A stretch of DNA of 64,000 nucleotides from an uncultured Actinomycetes bacterium (GCA_963704725.1 OY969934.1:32001-96000); one strand, 5' to 3'; counted from the stretch's first letter, positions 8,701 through 18,435 are shown. The notes: generated from the sequence alone by a model not told the origin. Numbers and translations are program-made.

Positions 8701-10992
8701 ATGAAGCTGAACCCGGAATCCATGGCCAGAGCGAGCAGCCGCCACCCGTGGCGGACGCTCGGGCTCTGGGTGGTGCTGATCGTGGCGATGGGCGCGGTCG
8801 GCTCCCGGCTGCTCTCCGGTGTCCTGAGCGAGGACGCCGAGTTCACGAACAATCCGGAGTCGGCGCGGGCCCAGGCCGTGCTCGACGCGAAGTTCGGCGG
8901 CGCGAGCACGGACACCGAGTACGTCATCGTGCAGTCGGGCTCGCTCACCGTGGACGATCCGCGGTTCGAGGCGGCCGTCGCGAAGGTCCGCGGCGCCGTC
9001 GCCGCCATCGACCACGGCGCTCTCGCGAGCCCTCCGACGACCTACTACGACCTGGCCGACCGTTCGCCGGAGCAGGCCGCGAACCTCGTGTCCGAGGATC
9101 GACGCACCACGCTCGTCCCGGTCGAGCTCGCCGACACCGATGACGCCACGATCGAACGCCTGCGCGAGGCCGCGGCGTCCTCGGGGACCGACGGGTTCAC
9201 GGTGCAGGTCGCCGGCGAAGGGGTCCTCGGCGTCGACATGACGAAGATGGCCGAGGAGGACCTGGCGAGGGGCGAGATGGCCGGCATCGGCGTCGCCCTG
9301 GTCGTGCTGGTCGTCGTGTTCGCGGCCGTCGTGGCCGCGGTCGTCCCGGTCGTCCTGGCCCTGGCCGCCGTCATGGTGGCGCTCGGCCTGGTCGCGCTGA
9401 TCGGTCAGCTCTTCAGCTTCAACCTGTTCGTCGAGAACATGGTGACGATGATCGGTCTGGCGGTCGGCATCGACTACTCGCTGTTCATCGTGTCGCGCTA
9501 CCGCGAGGAGCGGAAGAAGGGGTTCGCCAAGCTCGACGCGATCGGCGCGGCCGGCGCGACGGCCAACCGCGCGGTCTTCTTCAGCGGGCTCACGGTCGTG
9601 CTCGCGCTGCTCGGCATGATGATCATCCCCGTCTCGATCTTCCGCTCGCTCGCCGGCGGCGCGATCCTGGTCACGATCGCCGCGCTCGCCGCGTCGATGA
9701 CCCTGCTCCCCGCGCTGCTCGCCCTCATCGGCGATCGCGTCAACTGGCCGCGCCTCGCCCGGCGCGCCCGCGTGGACTCGAGCCACGACCGCCCCGGCGG
9801 GTTCTGGGACCGCCTGACCCGCGGGGTCATGGCCCGGCCGGTGGTCTTCCTGGTGGCGAGCGTCCTGGTGCTGGGCGGGCTCGGCTCCTTCTACTTCCAG
9901 CTCAACCGGGGCTCGACGGACGGGCTCGCGCAGCTCCCCGACGACCTGCCCTCGAAGCAGGCGTTCGTGACCCTCCAGCGCGAGTTCGGGGGCGACCGGA
10001 CCTCTCCGGCCAGGATCGTTCTCACCGGCGACGTCGCCTCCCCCGACGCGCAGAAGGCGATCGGACGGCTCCAGGCAGGCATCGCCGCCGACCACACGTT
10101 CGCGCCGCAGACCCTGCCGCAGACGAGCGGCGACGGGAGCGCGATCGTCCTCGACGCCTACTTCCGGGGCGACCCCTCCGACGAGGTGACGGTTCGGGGC
10201 ATCCGCGACCTTCGCGAGACCATCGTGCCGACGGCGTTCGACGGCGTGGGCGGCGTCGAGGTCCTGGTGGGAGGCGATCCCGCCATGTGGACCGACTTCC
10301 TCGGCATCACGGACCGCTATCAGGGGATCGTGCTGGTCTTCGTGCTCGGGTTGTCGTTCCTGCTCCTGACCGCCGTCTTCCGCTCGATCGTCGTGCCGAT
10401 CAAGGCGATCGCGATGAACCTGCTCTCGGTCGGCGCCGCGTACGGCGCGCTCGTCCTCGTGTTCCAGAAGGGCGTGGGGGCCGGCGTCTTCGACGCGATC
10501 GGGCTGCAGTTCCACCAGACGGACGCGATCGTGGCCTGGCTGCCGCTCCTGATGTTCTCGGTCCTGTTCGGCCTGTCGATGGACTACCACGTGTTCCTGC
10601 TCACGCGGATCCGCGAGGAGTACGACAAGACGGGCGACAACACGGAGGCGGTGGCGTACGGCCTGCGCACGACGGCGGGGATCATCACCGGCGCGGCGTT
10701 GATCATGGTCGCCGTCTTCACCGGGTTCGCCGCCGGCGGCGTCACGGAGCTCCAGCAGATGGGGTTCGGGCTGGGCGTGGCCATCCTCATGGACGCCACG
10801 ATCGTCCGGACGCTGCTGGTCCCGGCGAGCATGCGGCTGCTCGGCGACTGGAACTGGTACCTGCCGAGATGGCTCCGCTGGCTCCCCACGATCAACGTCG
10901 AGGGACACGAGCCCACGCAGCACGTGCTCGAGCCCCGCATCGAGCCCGTCGTGCTCGGCGACGTCGCGGTGGTCCCGGCCGGCGACCGATGA
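8701..10992 (+). CDS. MMPL family (RND) transporter
   Basis: GLAVGIDYSLFIVSRYREE and FGLSMDYHVFLLTRIREE motifs; two TM bundles; GGAGGGAG RBS. Confidence 0.95.
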   Translation: MKLNPESMARASSRHPWRTLGLWVVLIVAMGAVGSRLLSGVLSEDAEFTNNPESARAQAVLDAKFGGASTDTEYVIVQSGSLTVDDPRFEAAVAKVRGAVAAIDHGALASPPTTYYDLADRSPEQAANLVSEDRRTTLVPVELADTDDATIERLREAAASSGTDGFTVQVAGEGVLGVDMTKMAEEDLARGEMAGIGVALVVLVVVFAAVVAAVVPVVLALAAVMVALGLVALIGQLFSFNLFVENMVTMIGLAVGIDYSLFIVSRYREERKKGFAKLDAIGAAGATANRAVFFSGLTVVLALLGMMIIPVSIFRSLAGGAILVTIAALAASMTLLPALLALIGDRVNWPRLARRARVDSSHDRPGGFWDRLTRGVMARPVVFLVASVLVLGGLGSFYFQLNRGSTDGLAQLPDDLPSKQAFVTLQREFGGDRTSPARIVLTGDVASPDAQKAIGRLQAGIAADHTFAPQTLPQTSGDGSAIVLDAYFRGDPSDEVTVRGIRDLRETIVPTAFDGVGGVEVLVGGDPAMWTDFLGITDRYQGIVLVFVLGLSFLLLTAVFRSIVVPIKAIAMNLLSVGAAYGALVLVFQKGVGAGVFDAIGLQFHQTDAIVAWLPLLMFSVLFGLSMDYHVFLLTRIREEYDKTGDNTEAVAYGLRTTAGIITGAALIMVAVFTGFAAGGVTELQQMGFGLGVAILMDATIVRTLLVPASMRLLGDWNWYLPRWLRWLPTINVEGHEPTQHVLEPRIEPVVLGDVAVVPAGDR

Positions 10993-11014
10993 CGCCGTCT
11001 CGCGAGCTCTCCTT

Positions 11015-11042
11015 GGGGAGGGGCCTTCCGGGGCCCCTCCCC
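11015..11042 (+). terminator. GC-rich hairpin after MMPL gene (no U-tract)
   Basis: GGGGAGGGGCC-TTCCGG-GGCCCCTCCCC. Confidence 0.55.
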
Positions 11043-11142
11043 GTTCCGCGTCCACGACGCACGAGAGTGCGGTTATCCCCAGGCAGATCGTGCCGAGCGC
11101 CCCATTCTCGCGGCGGCGCGCCGTGGCTAGGGTGAGGTCATC

Positions 11143-12402
11143 GTGATCCAGACACTCTTCGGTCCGTGGCGTCGAGCCGGCACCTGGTGGGGGCTGGCCT
11201 TCGCCCAGCTCGGGATCGTCCTGTCCACCGTGACCTTCACGTTCGTCATCACGCTCCTGTCCGTGACGGTGGGTCTGCTCATCGTCCTGCCGCTCGCCGT
11301 CCCCTTCGCGTGGCTGCTGTTCTGGCTGTCCGCCGCTCTCGGCCGCCTCGAGCGCTCGCGCGTCCGGGCGCTCCTCGGGATCGAGCTCACCGATCCGCAC
11401 GGGCCTGCGCCGTCGGGATCGTGGTGGTCGAAGCTCAAGGCCCGTGCCGGCAGCGGGAGTCGGTGGCGGGAGATCGGCTACCACCTGGCGAGCCTTCCCG
11501 TCTCGGCGGTCGGCGTGGTCGTCACCACCGGGGCCTGGTGCGGGTCCGCGGCGCTCCTGTTCCTCCCGGCCTACCTCGGCGCGCTGCCCCACGACACGGC
11601 GCGGTTCGGGCTGTTCGACCTGACCTGGGGACCGGAGGTCGCGCTCGCGGCGGTGGTGGGGCTCGTGGGGCTCGCGCTGCTCGCGCCCTGGGCCACGGTC
11701 GCGACGGCGACCGTGGAGGGTGCGATGGCCCGCCGGCTGCTCGGCCCGCCGCGCCGCGAGGAGCTCTCGCGCCAGGTCGAGCACCTCGAGGCGAGCCGGA
11801 CGGCGGCGGTCGACAGCGCCGAGGCGGAGCGGCGGCGCATCGAGCGCGACCTCCACGACGGCGCGCAGCAGCGCCTGGTCTCCCTGGCCATGGACCTCGG
11901 GCAGGCCACCGAGCGGTTCGACACCGACCTGGACACGGCCAAGGAGCTGGTCGTCGAGGCGCACCAGGAAGCCAAGGCCGCCCTGACCGATCTCCGGGAC
12001 CTGGTCCGGGGGTTCCACCCGGCGATCCTGGAGGATCGCGGGCTCGACGCCGCGCTCTCGGCGGTGGTCGCACGCTCGCCGGTCCCGGTCACGCTGAACG
12101 TGGACGTCGCCGAGCGCCCGCCCTCGATCATCGAGAGCACGGCCTACTTCATCGTCTCGGAGGCCCTGACGAACGTCGCCAAGCACGCCAAGGCGACGAG
12201 GGTCGCCGTCGCCATCGCCCGGCGCAACGATCGCCTCGTCGTGGAGGTCACCGACGACGGCGTCGGCGGCGCGGACCCGGCGACGGGAACCGGGCTCCGG
12301 GGTCTCGTCGAACGGGTGTCCGCCGTCGACGGTTGGATGCAGGTCCTGAGCCCGACCGGTGGGCCGACCACGATCCTGGTGGAGATGCCGTGCGGATCGT
12401 GA
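11143..12402 (+). CDS. Membrane sensor histidine kinase (HisKA_3 type)
   Basis: ERDLHDGAQQ H-box, EALTNVAKHA N-box, DDGVGG, GTGLRGL; N-terminal TM sensor. Confidence 0.95.
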   Translation: MIQTLFGPWRRAGTWWGLAFAQLGIVLSTVTFTFVITLLSVTVGLLIVLPLAVPFAWLLFWLSAALGRLERSRVRALLGIELTDPHGPAPSGSWWSKLKARAGSGSRWREIGYHLASLPVSAVGVVVTTGAWCGSAALLFLPAYLGALPHDTARFGLFDLTWGPEVALAAVVGLVGLALLAPWATVATATVEGAMARRLLGPPRREELSRQVEHLEASRTAAVDSAEAERRRIERDLHDGAQQRLVSLAMDLGQATERFDTDLDTAKELVVEAHQEAKAALTDLRDLVRGFHPAILEDRGLDAALSAVVARSPVPVTLNVDVAERPPSIIESTAYFIVSEALTNVAKHAKATRVAVAIARRNDRLVVEVTDDGVGGADPATGTGLRGLVERVSAVDGWMQVLSPTGGPTTILVEMPCGS

Positions 12403-13034
12403 TCGCGGAGGACTCGGTGCTGCTGCGCGCCGGGCTGACCCGGCTGCTCACCGACGCCGGCGAGGACGTCGTCGCCGCGGTCGGCGACGGGGAGGCCCTG
12501 ATCGAGACGGTCGAGCGTCACCGGCCGGACCTCACGGTCGTCGACGTGCGGATGCCGCCCACGTTCACGGACGAGGGGCTGCGCGCCGCGATCCAGATCC
12601 GGGAGCGGTGGCCGGAGGTCGGCGTGCTCGTGCTCTCGCAGTACGTCGAGGAGCGGTACGCGGCCGACCTGCTGGCGAACACGACGCGCGGCATCGGCTA
12701 CCTCCTGAAGGACCGGGTGGCCGACGTGTCCGAGTTCGTCGCCGCCGTCCGCCGGGTCGGCGAGGGCGGGACGGCGCTCGACCCCGAGGTGGTCTCGCAG
12801 ATCCTGGCCCGGAGCCGGCACCGGGACCCGCTCGATCGGCTCACCCCGCGCGAGCGCGAGGTGCTCGGCCTCATGGCCGAGGGCCGCTCGAACGCCGCGG
12901 TGGCCGAGCAGCTGTTCCTCAGCGCCAGCGCCGTGGAGAAGCACGTGAGCAGCATCTTCGCCAAGCTCGACCTCCCCCCGACCGAGCAGGACCATCGTCG
13001 GGTGCTGGCGGTCCTCAGATGGTTGGGAGAGTGA
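12390..13034 (+). CDS. NarL/LuxR family response regulator
   Basis: VRIVIAEDSVLLR, DVRMPP, LSQY, LTPREREVL..MAEGRSN; overlaps kinase stop. Confidence 0.95.
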   Translation: MRIVIAEDSVLLRAGLTRLLTDAGEDVVAAVGDGEALIETVERHRPDLTVVDVRMPPTFTDEGLRAAIQIRERWPEVGVLVLSQYVEERYAADLLANTTRGIGYLLKDRVADVSEFVAAVRRVGEGGTALDPEVVSQILARSRHRDPLDRLTPREREVLGLMAEGRSNAAVAEQLFLSASAVEKHVSSIFAKLDLPPTEQDHRRVLAVLRWLGE

Positions 13035-13039
13035 GCGCC

Positions 13040-13843
13040 ATGATCGAGACGCAGGGTCCGACGCGAGCCGGCGGCAGAACTGCCTGGCGGATCGCCGGGA
13101 GCGTCCTCGCCGTCCTCATGCTGGCGTTCGGGACGGCCAACGCCGTCGGCGCGCTCGCCCACGACACCACGCGGGTCCATCGCGTCGTCACCGACGCGGT
13201 GAAGCTCGTCGACGTGGACACCCCTACGGGCGGCTCGATCCGGGTCGTGGGCCGGGACGCCGCCGGCCCGGTGACCATCGACATGACGGTGAGCCGCGGC
13301 CTGGAGACGCCGTCGCACTCCGAGACGGTCGAGGGCGACCGCCTCGTCGTGCGGAGCCGATGCCTGTGGGTCGTGTCCGCTTTCTGCCAGGTCGACTACG
13401 TCATCCGGATCCCCACGGGCGTGTCGGTGATCGCGCGCAGCGACGGCGGCGACGTCTCGGTGTCCAACGTCCACGGCACCCTCGATCTCGGTTCCGACGG
13501 CGGCAAGGTCTCGGTGCTCGGCGGCGAGTCGCAGCGGGTCCGGCTCGAGTCGGACGGCGGCGACGTCACGGCGACCGAGCTCTCCGCCTCCTCGATCGAG
13601 GCGTCGTCCGACGGCGGGAGCGTGCTCCTCGCGCTCGAGACGTCGCCGACGTCCGTCGACGCCTCGTCGGACGGCGGCGACGTCGAGATCGTCCTGCCCG
13701 ACACGCTCGACACGTACCGGGTCGACGTGTCGTCGGACGGCGGCGGGACCGAGTCCGCGGTCCGGACCGACCCCACGAGCGACCGGGTCATCACCGCGAG
13801 CTCGGACGGCGGCGACGTGACCGTCCGATACAGCCCCGCCTGA
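13040..13843 (+). CDS. DUF4097 beta-strand repeat membrane-anchored protein
   Basis: N-terminal TM, seven SDGG(D/K/S/G) turn repeats; directly follows response regulator. Confidence 0.8.
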   Translation: MIETQGPTRAGGRTAWRIAGSVLAVLMLAFGTANAVGALAHDTTRVHRVVTDAVKLVDVDTPTGGSIRVVGRDAAGPVTIDMTVSRGLETPSHSETVEGDRLVVRSRCLWVVSAFCQVDYVIRIPTGVSVIARSDGGDVSVSNVHGTLDLGSDGGKVSVLGGESQRVRLESDGGDVTATELSASSIEASSDGGSVLLALETSPTSVDASSDGGDVEIVLPDTLDTYRVDVSSDGGGTESAVRTDPTSDRVITASSDGGDVTVRYSPA

Positions 13844-13858
13844 CGCTCGAGCTCGACG

Positions 13859-14644
13859 ATGTCGCTCGGGGTCTCGACGTGCGTGCGTTCGATGCCGTTG
13901 AATCCCGTCATGCTGGATCGGGCGGTCGCCAACTGCGCGGGCGCGTACCGGACGTGGGCCGAGCGCCTCGGGAAGCCGACGCGGATCTGGGAGGACCTCT
14001 CGTGCGGGGACCTCGGGCTCTCGGTCAACCTGCCGCCGAACAACGCGACCCTCCTGCGGGAGCCCACGAAGGGCGGGGTCGACGGCGTGCTCGAGCGTGC
14101 GGCGGACTTCTTCTCCGACCGTCCGGGGGGCGGCTACGAGGTCTGGAGCCTGTGGCCGCTCCCGGACGAGCCACCGCCCGGAACGCAGGTCTGGACGTGT
14201 CCGTGCATGATCCGGGAAGCGGCAGGCACCGGGCGTCCGCCTCCCGTCGAGCTCGAGATCGTCGAGGCGAGCGACGGGCCGAGCGTTCGGGAGGCCGAGG
14301 CGCTCATCGATGAGGTCTACGGAGCCGAAGCTCCCATCGGATCGCTGCTGACGGTCGCGTGCCTCGGCGAGGACTTGCGGGTGTGGGTCGGCCGGGTCGA
14401 CGGCAGACCCGTGACCACCGCGACCGCCTACGTCGCCGACGGCTTCGTCGGCATCTACGCGGTGGCCACGTCCGACGAAGCTCGCGGACGAGGGTACGGC
14501 GAGGCCGTGACGTGGGCGGCCACCCTGTGCCGACCGGACCTACCGGCGACGCTGCAGGCGAGCCCGATGGGGCGGCCGATCTACGAACGGATGGGATACC
14601 GGACCGTGGCCGAGTTCACCGTCTGGGACCGCGACCGCGCCTAG
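13859..14644 (+). CDS. GNAT family N-acetyltransferase
   Basis: VAT...ARGRGYG, LQASPMGRPIYERMGY; start uncertain. Confidence 0.85.
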   Translation: MSLGVSTCVRSMPLNPVMLDRAVANCAGAYRTWAERLGKPTRIWEDLSCGDLGLSVNLPPNNATLLREPTKGGVDGVLERAADFFSDRPGGGYEVWSLWPLPDEPPPGTQVWTCPCMIREAAGTGRPPPVELEIVEASDGPSVREAEALIDEVYGAEAPIGSLLTVACLGEDLRVWVGRVDGRPVTTATAYVADGFVGIYAVATSDEARGRGYGEAVTWAATLCRPDLPATLQASPMGRPIYERMGYRTVAEFTVWDRDRA

Positions 14645-14767
14645 CCCGCTCGTGCGGGAGCACGGCGGAGATCCGGCGAGCGCGTCGAAACGCCGGAACA
14701 GGAGGTCGCCGCCCACCCTTGCGTCGTGCCGCACCAGTGTTGGTCGCTCGACCTCAACGAGGAGAGC

Positions 14768-15004
14768 TCAGGGAGGCGTTCCGGCCTCCACCCACCGCCG
14801 GAACGTCGCGACCTGGTCCTCGGGCCAGGCGCCGTCGCACGGCATCGAGCCACCCTCGAGGACGCCGAGGATCGAGGCGGCGTTCTCCTTCACCGCCTCG
14901 TACGACCACAGATCGAAGGACTCCAGCATGGACTCCCGGTCCAGCTCTCGGAAGAGCGGCTTGACGTCGCCCTCGTAGCTCACCCCGGTCGATTCCGTCT
15001 GCAT
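14768..15004 (-). CDS. Small conserved-looking protein (78 aa, F/Y..DVKPLFR..D...M...MPCD..W motif)
   Basis: GAGGAG RBS before ATG 15004; typical codon usage; globular acidic sequence. Confidence 0.7.
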   Translation of the reverse strand: MQTESTGVSYEGDVKPLFRELDRESMLESFDLWSYEAVKENAASILGVLEGGSMPCDGAWPEDQVATFRRWVEAGTPP

Positions 15005-15104
15005 CGCATCTCCTCGGGCATCTTCGCGATCGTGTCCGGTCTTTCCGGCCCGTCCTTCATACCCACAAGGGCGAGTCTGAGGCAAGCCACGGGGAGATCG
15101 CCTG

Positions 15105-15223
15105 CACGCGCCCACCGAGGACGCGCGGACGGCGACTCGGACCTCGCCCGGCCCGACGTCGGGCACCGGCACCTCGATCGTCGCCGCGGATGAACCATCG
15201 CCGGCCAACCCGAACACCTTCAT
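15105..15223 (-). pseudogene. N-terminal remnant of an MDR-family (GroES-like, quinone reductase type) oxidoreductase
   Basis: MKVFGL...IEVPVPDVGPGEVRVAVRASSV then similarity ends; GGGAGG RBS; divergent from HxlR regulator. Confidence 0.55.
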
Positions 15224-15256
15224 CGCCGGCCCTCCCAGACTCGTGCATGCTTGTGG

Positions 15257-15271
15257 CTACGGATTCCGTAG
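15257..15271. promoter_or_regulatory. Operator candidate for the HxlR-family regulator
   Basis: Perfect palindrome CTACGGA-T-TCCGTAG in divergent intergenic region. Confidence 0.55.
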
Positions 15272-15315
15272 TTCCAACAAGGGTCACAGCCCCGGTCGTA
15301 AGAGTAGGAGCTGTC

Positions 15316-15666
15316 ATGAGCGATCGGGATCCCGCCGTCTTCGACGAGGCGCTCACTCGCGTGTTCGGCGTGCTCGGCAAGCGGTGGACCGGCGTCATCA
15401 TCGGCTCGATGTGCGGCGGGCCGGCCCGGTTCGCCGAGATCGCCCGGGCCGTTCCGGGCATCACCGAGGGGATGCTCTCGACGCGCCTGCGCGAGCTCCA
15501 GCACGTCGGGCTCGTCGAGCGCGAGGTGCTCGAGGGACCGCCGCTCGCCACGGTCTACCGGCTCACCGAACGGGGCCGAGCGCTGGAGCCGGCGCTCCTG
15601 GAGCTCGCGCGGTGGGCCGAGGGCAACCTCGAGCCTCCGAACCGGGCCGCCGCGGGCGGGCAGTGA
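15316..15666 (+). CDS. HxlR/DUF24 winged-helix regulator
   Basis: LGKRWT, RF.EI...VPGIT..MLS.RLREL, YRLTERG; AGGAG RBS. Confidence 0.92.
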   Translation: MSDRDPAVFDEALTRVFGVLGKRWTGVIIGSMCGGPARFAEIARAVPGITEGMLSTRLRELQHVGLVEREVLEGPPLATVYRLTERGRALEPALLELARWAEGNLEPPNRAAAGGQ

Positions 15667-15784
15667 CGTCGATCCCGGTCTGACTCGCCCGACGGCGCCC
15701 ACCTGCTTCCGCCGCCAGACGAACCGGGATCCGTTCGTCCGTCGGGCGTCGTAGTGTTTCAGGCTCGTCGAAAGGAGCGGGGGC

Positions 15785-16786
15785 GTGGGGGAGTCGATCG
15801 CAGGTCGGGGCACGGCCACGCGTGGGTCCGACGAGTTCGAGATCAGGACCGAGCAGCACCGCTCCGAGCTGACGGCTTACGCCTACCGCATGCTCGGCTC
15901 GGCGTTCGAGGCGGAGGACGCCGTCCAGGAGACCATGCTGCGCGCGTGGCGGAGCTTCGACCGGTTCGAGGGCCGCTCGTCCCTGCGCTCGTGGCTCTAC
16001 ACCATCGCCACCAACGTCTGCCTCGACATGCTGGGCGGCGCGGAGCGCCGGGCCCGGCCCATGGACCTCGCGCCGGCCAGGACGGCGGACACGCCGCTCC
16101 CCGACCCGCTGCCCGAGGCGACCTGGATCCTGCCGGTCCCCGACGACCGCGTGCTGCCGGCCGAGGGCGACCCGGCCGAGGTCATCGAGTCCCGCGAGTC
16201 GATCCGTCTCGCGTTCGTCGCCGCGCTGCAGCACCTCCCGCCGCGGCAGCGCGCCGTGCTGATCCTCCGCGAGGTCTTGCGGTGGAAGGCCAGCGAGGTG
16301 GCCGAGCTGCTCGAGACCTCGGTGGCCTCGGTCAACAGCGCGCTCCAACGGGCGCGCGCGACGCTCGAGAGCGTCGACGCCGAGACCGCCCGTCCGATCG
16401 AACCGGCGGACGAGGCGCAGCGTGCGCTCCTGGAGCGCTACGTCGACGCGTTCGAGCGCTACGACATGGACTCGCTCACCTCGCTGCTCCACGAGGACGC
16501 GACGTGGTCGATGCCGCCGTACGAGCTGTGGCTCCAGACCCACGACGACATCCGCCGGTGGTGCCTCGGTCCGGGCATCGGTTGTCGCGGCTCCCGTCTC
16601 GTGCCGACCACGGCCAACGGATCGCCCGCGTTCGGGCAGTACAAGCCGGGCCCCGACGGCGGGCTCGAGCCGTGGTCGCTCCAGGTCCTCGAGATCTCAC
16701 AGGGCCGGATCGCCGGGATCAGCTTCTTCCTCGACACGCAGAGGCTCTTTCCCCTCTTCGGGCTGCCCCCGCGCCTCGATCCCTGA
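15785..16786 (+). CDS. ECF sigma factor with C-terminal SnoaL-like domain (SigG-like)
   Basis: YRMLGS.FEAEDAVQET, FEGRSSLRSWLY.IATN, RLAFVAALQHLPPRQRAVLILREVL, SMPP, ANG.PA. Confidence 0.93.
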   Translation: MGESIAGRGTATRGSDEFEIRTEQHRSELTAYAYRMLGSAFEAEDAVQETMLRAWRSFDRFEGRSSLRSWLYTIATNVCLDMLGGAERRARPMDLAPARTADTPLPDPLPEATWILPVPDDRVLPAEGDPAEVIESRESIRLAFVAALQHLPPRQRAVLILREVLRWKASEVAELLETSVASVNSALQRARATLESVDAETARPIEPADEAQRALLERYVDAFERYDMDSLTSLLHEDATWSMPPYELWLQTHDDIRRWCLGPGIGCRGSRLVPTTANGSPAFGQYKPGPDGGLEPWSLQVLEISQGRIAGISFFLDTQRLFPLFGLPPRLDP

Positions 16787-17155
16787 CGACGGGCCGCACG
16801 GCAGCACGTCGTCGAGCCCGGCCAGCGCGAGCAGCTGCTCGAGCTCGCCGCACGCCCGGCGGAACCGGACGCGGCGGCCCAGCCGTCGGGCGATCAGCTG
16901 GATCCGGGCCAGGGTGTCGATCGTCAGGGCGTCCGGATCGGCCAGGCCTTCCACGTCGCAGACCACGAGGTCGGCGTCGCATCGCTCCAGCAGCGCCCGG
17001 GCCCGATCGCACAGCGCCGGGACGTCGGCAGTGACGATCGCCCCGGACAGGATCAGGACGCTCGAACCCGCGCCGGGCGGCGGGCACGGATCGGGGACCG
17101 GAGCACGGGGCGGCTCCCGCCGGAGGACGAGCCGCGGTCGTTCGTTCACCCCCAT
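16697..17155 (-). CDS. STAS domain protein
   Basis: VVCDV.GL..PD..TIDTLARIQL.ARRLG....L.LAGL; 3' end overlaps the sigma gene by 90 bp. Confidence 0.75.
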   Translation of the reverse strand: MGVNERPRLVLRREPPRAPVPDPCPPPGAGSSVLILSGAIVTADVPALCDRARALLERCDADLVVCDVEGLADPDALTIDTLARIQLIARRLGRRVRFRRACGELEQLLALAGLDDVLPCGPSSGIEARGQPEEGKEPLRVEEEADPGDPAL

Positions 17156-17165
17156 CCGAAAGGAT

Positions 17166-17192
17166 GACCGGCCGGCCGCGCGGAACTCATCG
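17166..17192 (-). promoter_or_regulatory. SigG-type ECF promoter upstream of STAS gene
   Basis: Minus strand CGATGA-N18-GTC, 10 bp before ATG. Confidence 0.6.
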
Positions 17193-17247
17193 CCCGCTCC
17201 GGGTCGGCTGATCGAGCGCGACCGAGCCGTCGTGACTCGGCGGTAGC

Positions 17248-18435
17248 GTGCAACCCGTGCGACGGATCGGGGTCCAGGAGCGACGCGCCCGGCTCGGGCT
17301 CCACCACCGCCTGGCGCGGCCCGCCGCCGCACCGGAGGGGGTCGCCGCCGGCCTGGTGGGCCTGCACTCGAGCGACCCCACCACGGTCTTCCTCTCCGCT
17401 CGAGCCCGGGTCCGCGAGTTCGTCCCCGCCGCGCTCGAGGACGCCCTGTACGAACGCCGGTCGCTCGTGCGCATGCTCGGGATGCGCCGCACGCTGTTCG
17501 TCGTCCCACGGGACGTCGCGGCCGTGATGGACGCCGCGTGCACGAAGGCGCTCGCGCCGCGAGAGCACGCCCGAACCGTGCGGATGCTCGAAGAGCAGGG
17601 CATCGCCCTCGCCGGCCGCGGTGCGTCGTGGCTCGATCGGGTGGCGGATCGAACCTACTCGGCGCTGTCCGCCCGGGGCGAGGCCACCGCGCGGGAGCTC
17701 ACGAAGGACGTCCCCGAGCTCGGTGCCAAGTTCAGCTTCGGCGAGGGCAAGACGTGGGCCGGGACCGTCGGCGTGTCGACCCGCGTGCTGTTCCTGCTCG
17801 CGACGCAGGGACGGATCGTGCGGGCCCGCCCACTCGGCGGGTGGACCTCGGGGCAGTACCGGTGGGCCACCACGGAGACGTGGCTCGGCGGTCCGCTGCC
17901 CCAGATCGATCACGCCGAGGCGTGCGCCGACCTGCTCGGGCGGTGGCTCCGGGCGTTCGGGCCCGCGACCTCGACGGACATCCGGTGGTGGACGGGATGG
18001 ACGGCCAAGCTCGCCGCGACGACGCTCGAGGCCATCGGCGCCGTCCCGGTCGAGCTCGACGAGGGCGTCGCCTACGTGCTGCCCGACGATCTGGGCGCGG
18101 TGGGCCGGACGGGGCCGTGGGTGGCGCTGCTTCCGGGCCTCGACTCCACGGTCATGGGGTGGAAGGAACGCGACTGGTACCTGGGCGGGCACGCATCGAT
18201 GCTCTTCGACCGCAACGGCAACGCCGGCCCCACGGTGTGGGCGAACGGTCGCGTCGTCGGCGGCTGGATCCAGACCCGCGACGGCGAGATCGCGGTCGAG
18301 CTCCTCGATGAGGTCGACGCTCGCACCCGTGCCCGCATCGATGCCGAGCGCGAACGGCTGCGGGAGTGGCTCGGCGACGTGCGCATCACGCCGCGTTTCC
18401 GAACCCCGCTGGAGCGGATCCTGACCGACCGGTGA
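17248..18435 (+). CDS. AlkZ/YcaQ-like (HTH_42) DNA glycosylase family protein
   Basis: LHSSD motif, MRRTLF, WL..FGPAT..D..WWTG, LLP.LD, G.VVG.W. Confidence 0.85.
   Translation: MQPVRRIGVQERRARLGLHHRLARPAAAPEGVAAGLVGLHSSDPTTVFLSARARVREFVPAALEDALYERRSLVRMLGMRRTLFVVPRDVAAVMDAACTKALAPREHARTVRMLEEQGIALAGRGASWLDRVADRTYSALSARGEATARELTKDVPELGAKFSFGEGKTWAGTVGVSTRVLFLLATQGRIVRARPLGGWTSGQYRWATTETWLGGPLPQIDHAEACADLLGRWLRAFGPATSTDIRWWTGWTAKLAATTLEAIGAVPVELDEGVAYVLPDDLGAVGRTGPWVALLPGLDSTVMGWKERDWYLGGHASMLFDRNGNAGPTVWANGRVVGGWIQTRDGEIAVELLDEVDARTRARIDAERERLREWLGDVRITPRFRTPLERILTDR

Noticed and set aside
7468-12186. 1572-aa minus-strand ORF (and similar long ORFs such as 14..1510, 38153..41170, 40753..43242, 57634..60012, 59856..62246)
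   Set aside because: Antisense or alternate-frame shadows of well-supported genes; stop codons are rare in such frames at this GC content and translations lack family motifs
13400-13843. Recurring TCGGACGGCGGC words as a DNA repeat element
   Set aside because: They encode the SDGG turns of the DUF4097 protein, with variable flanks and synonymous changes
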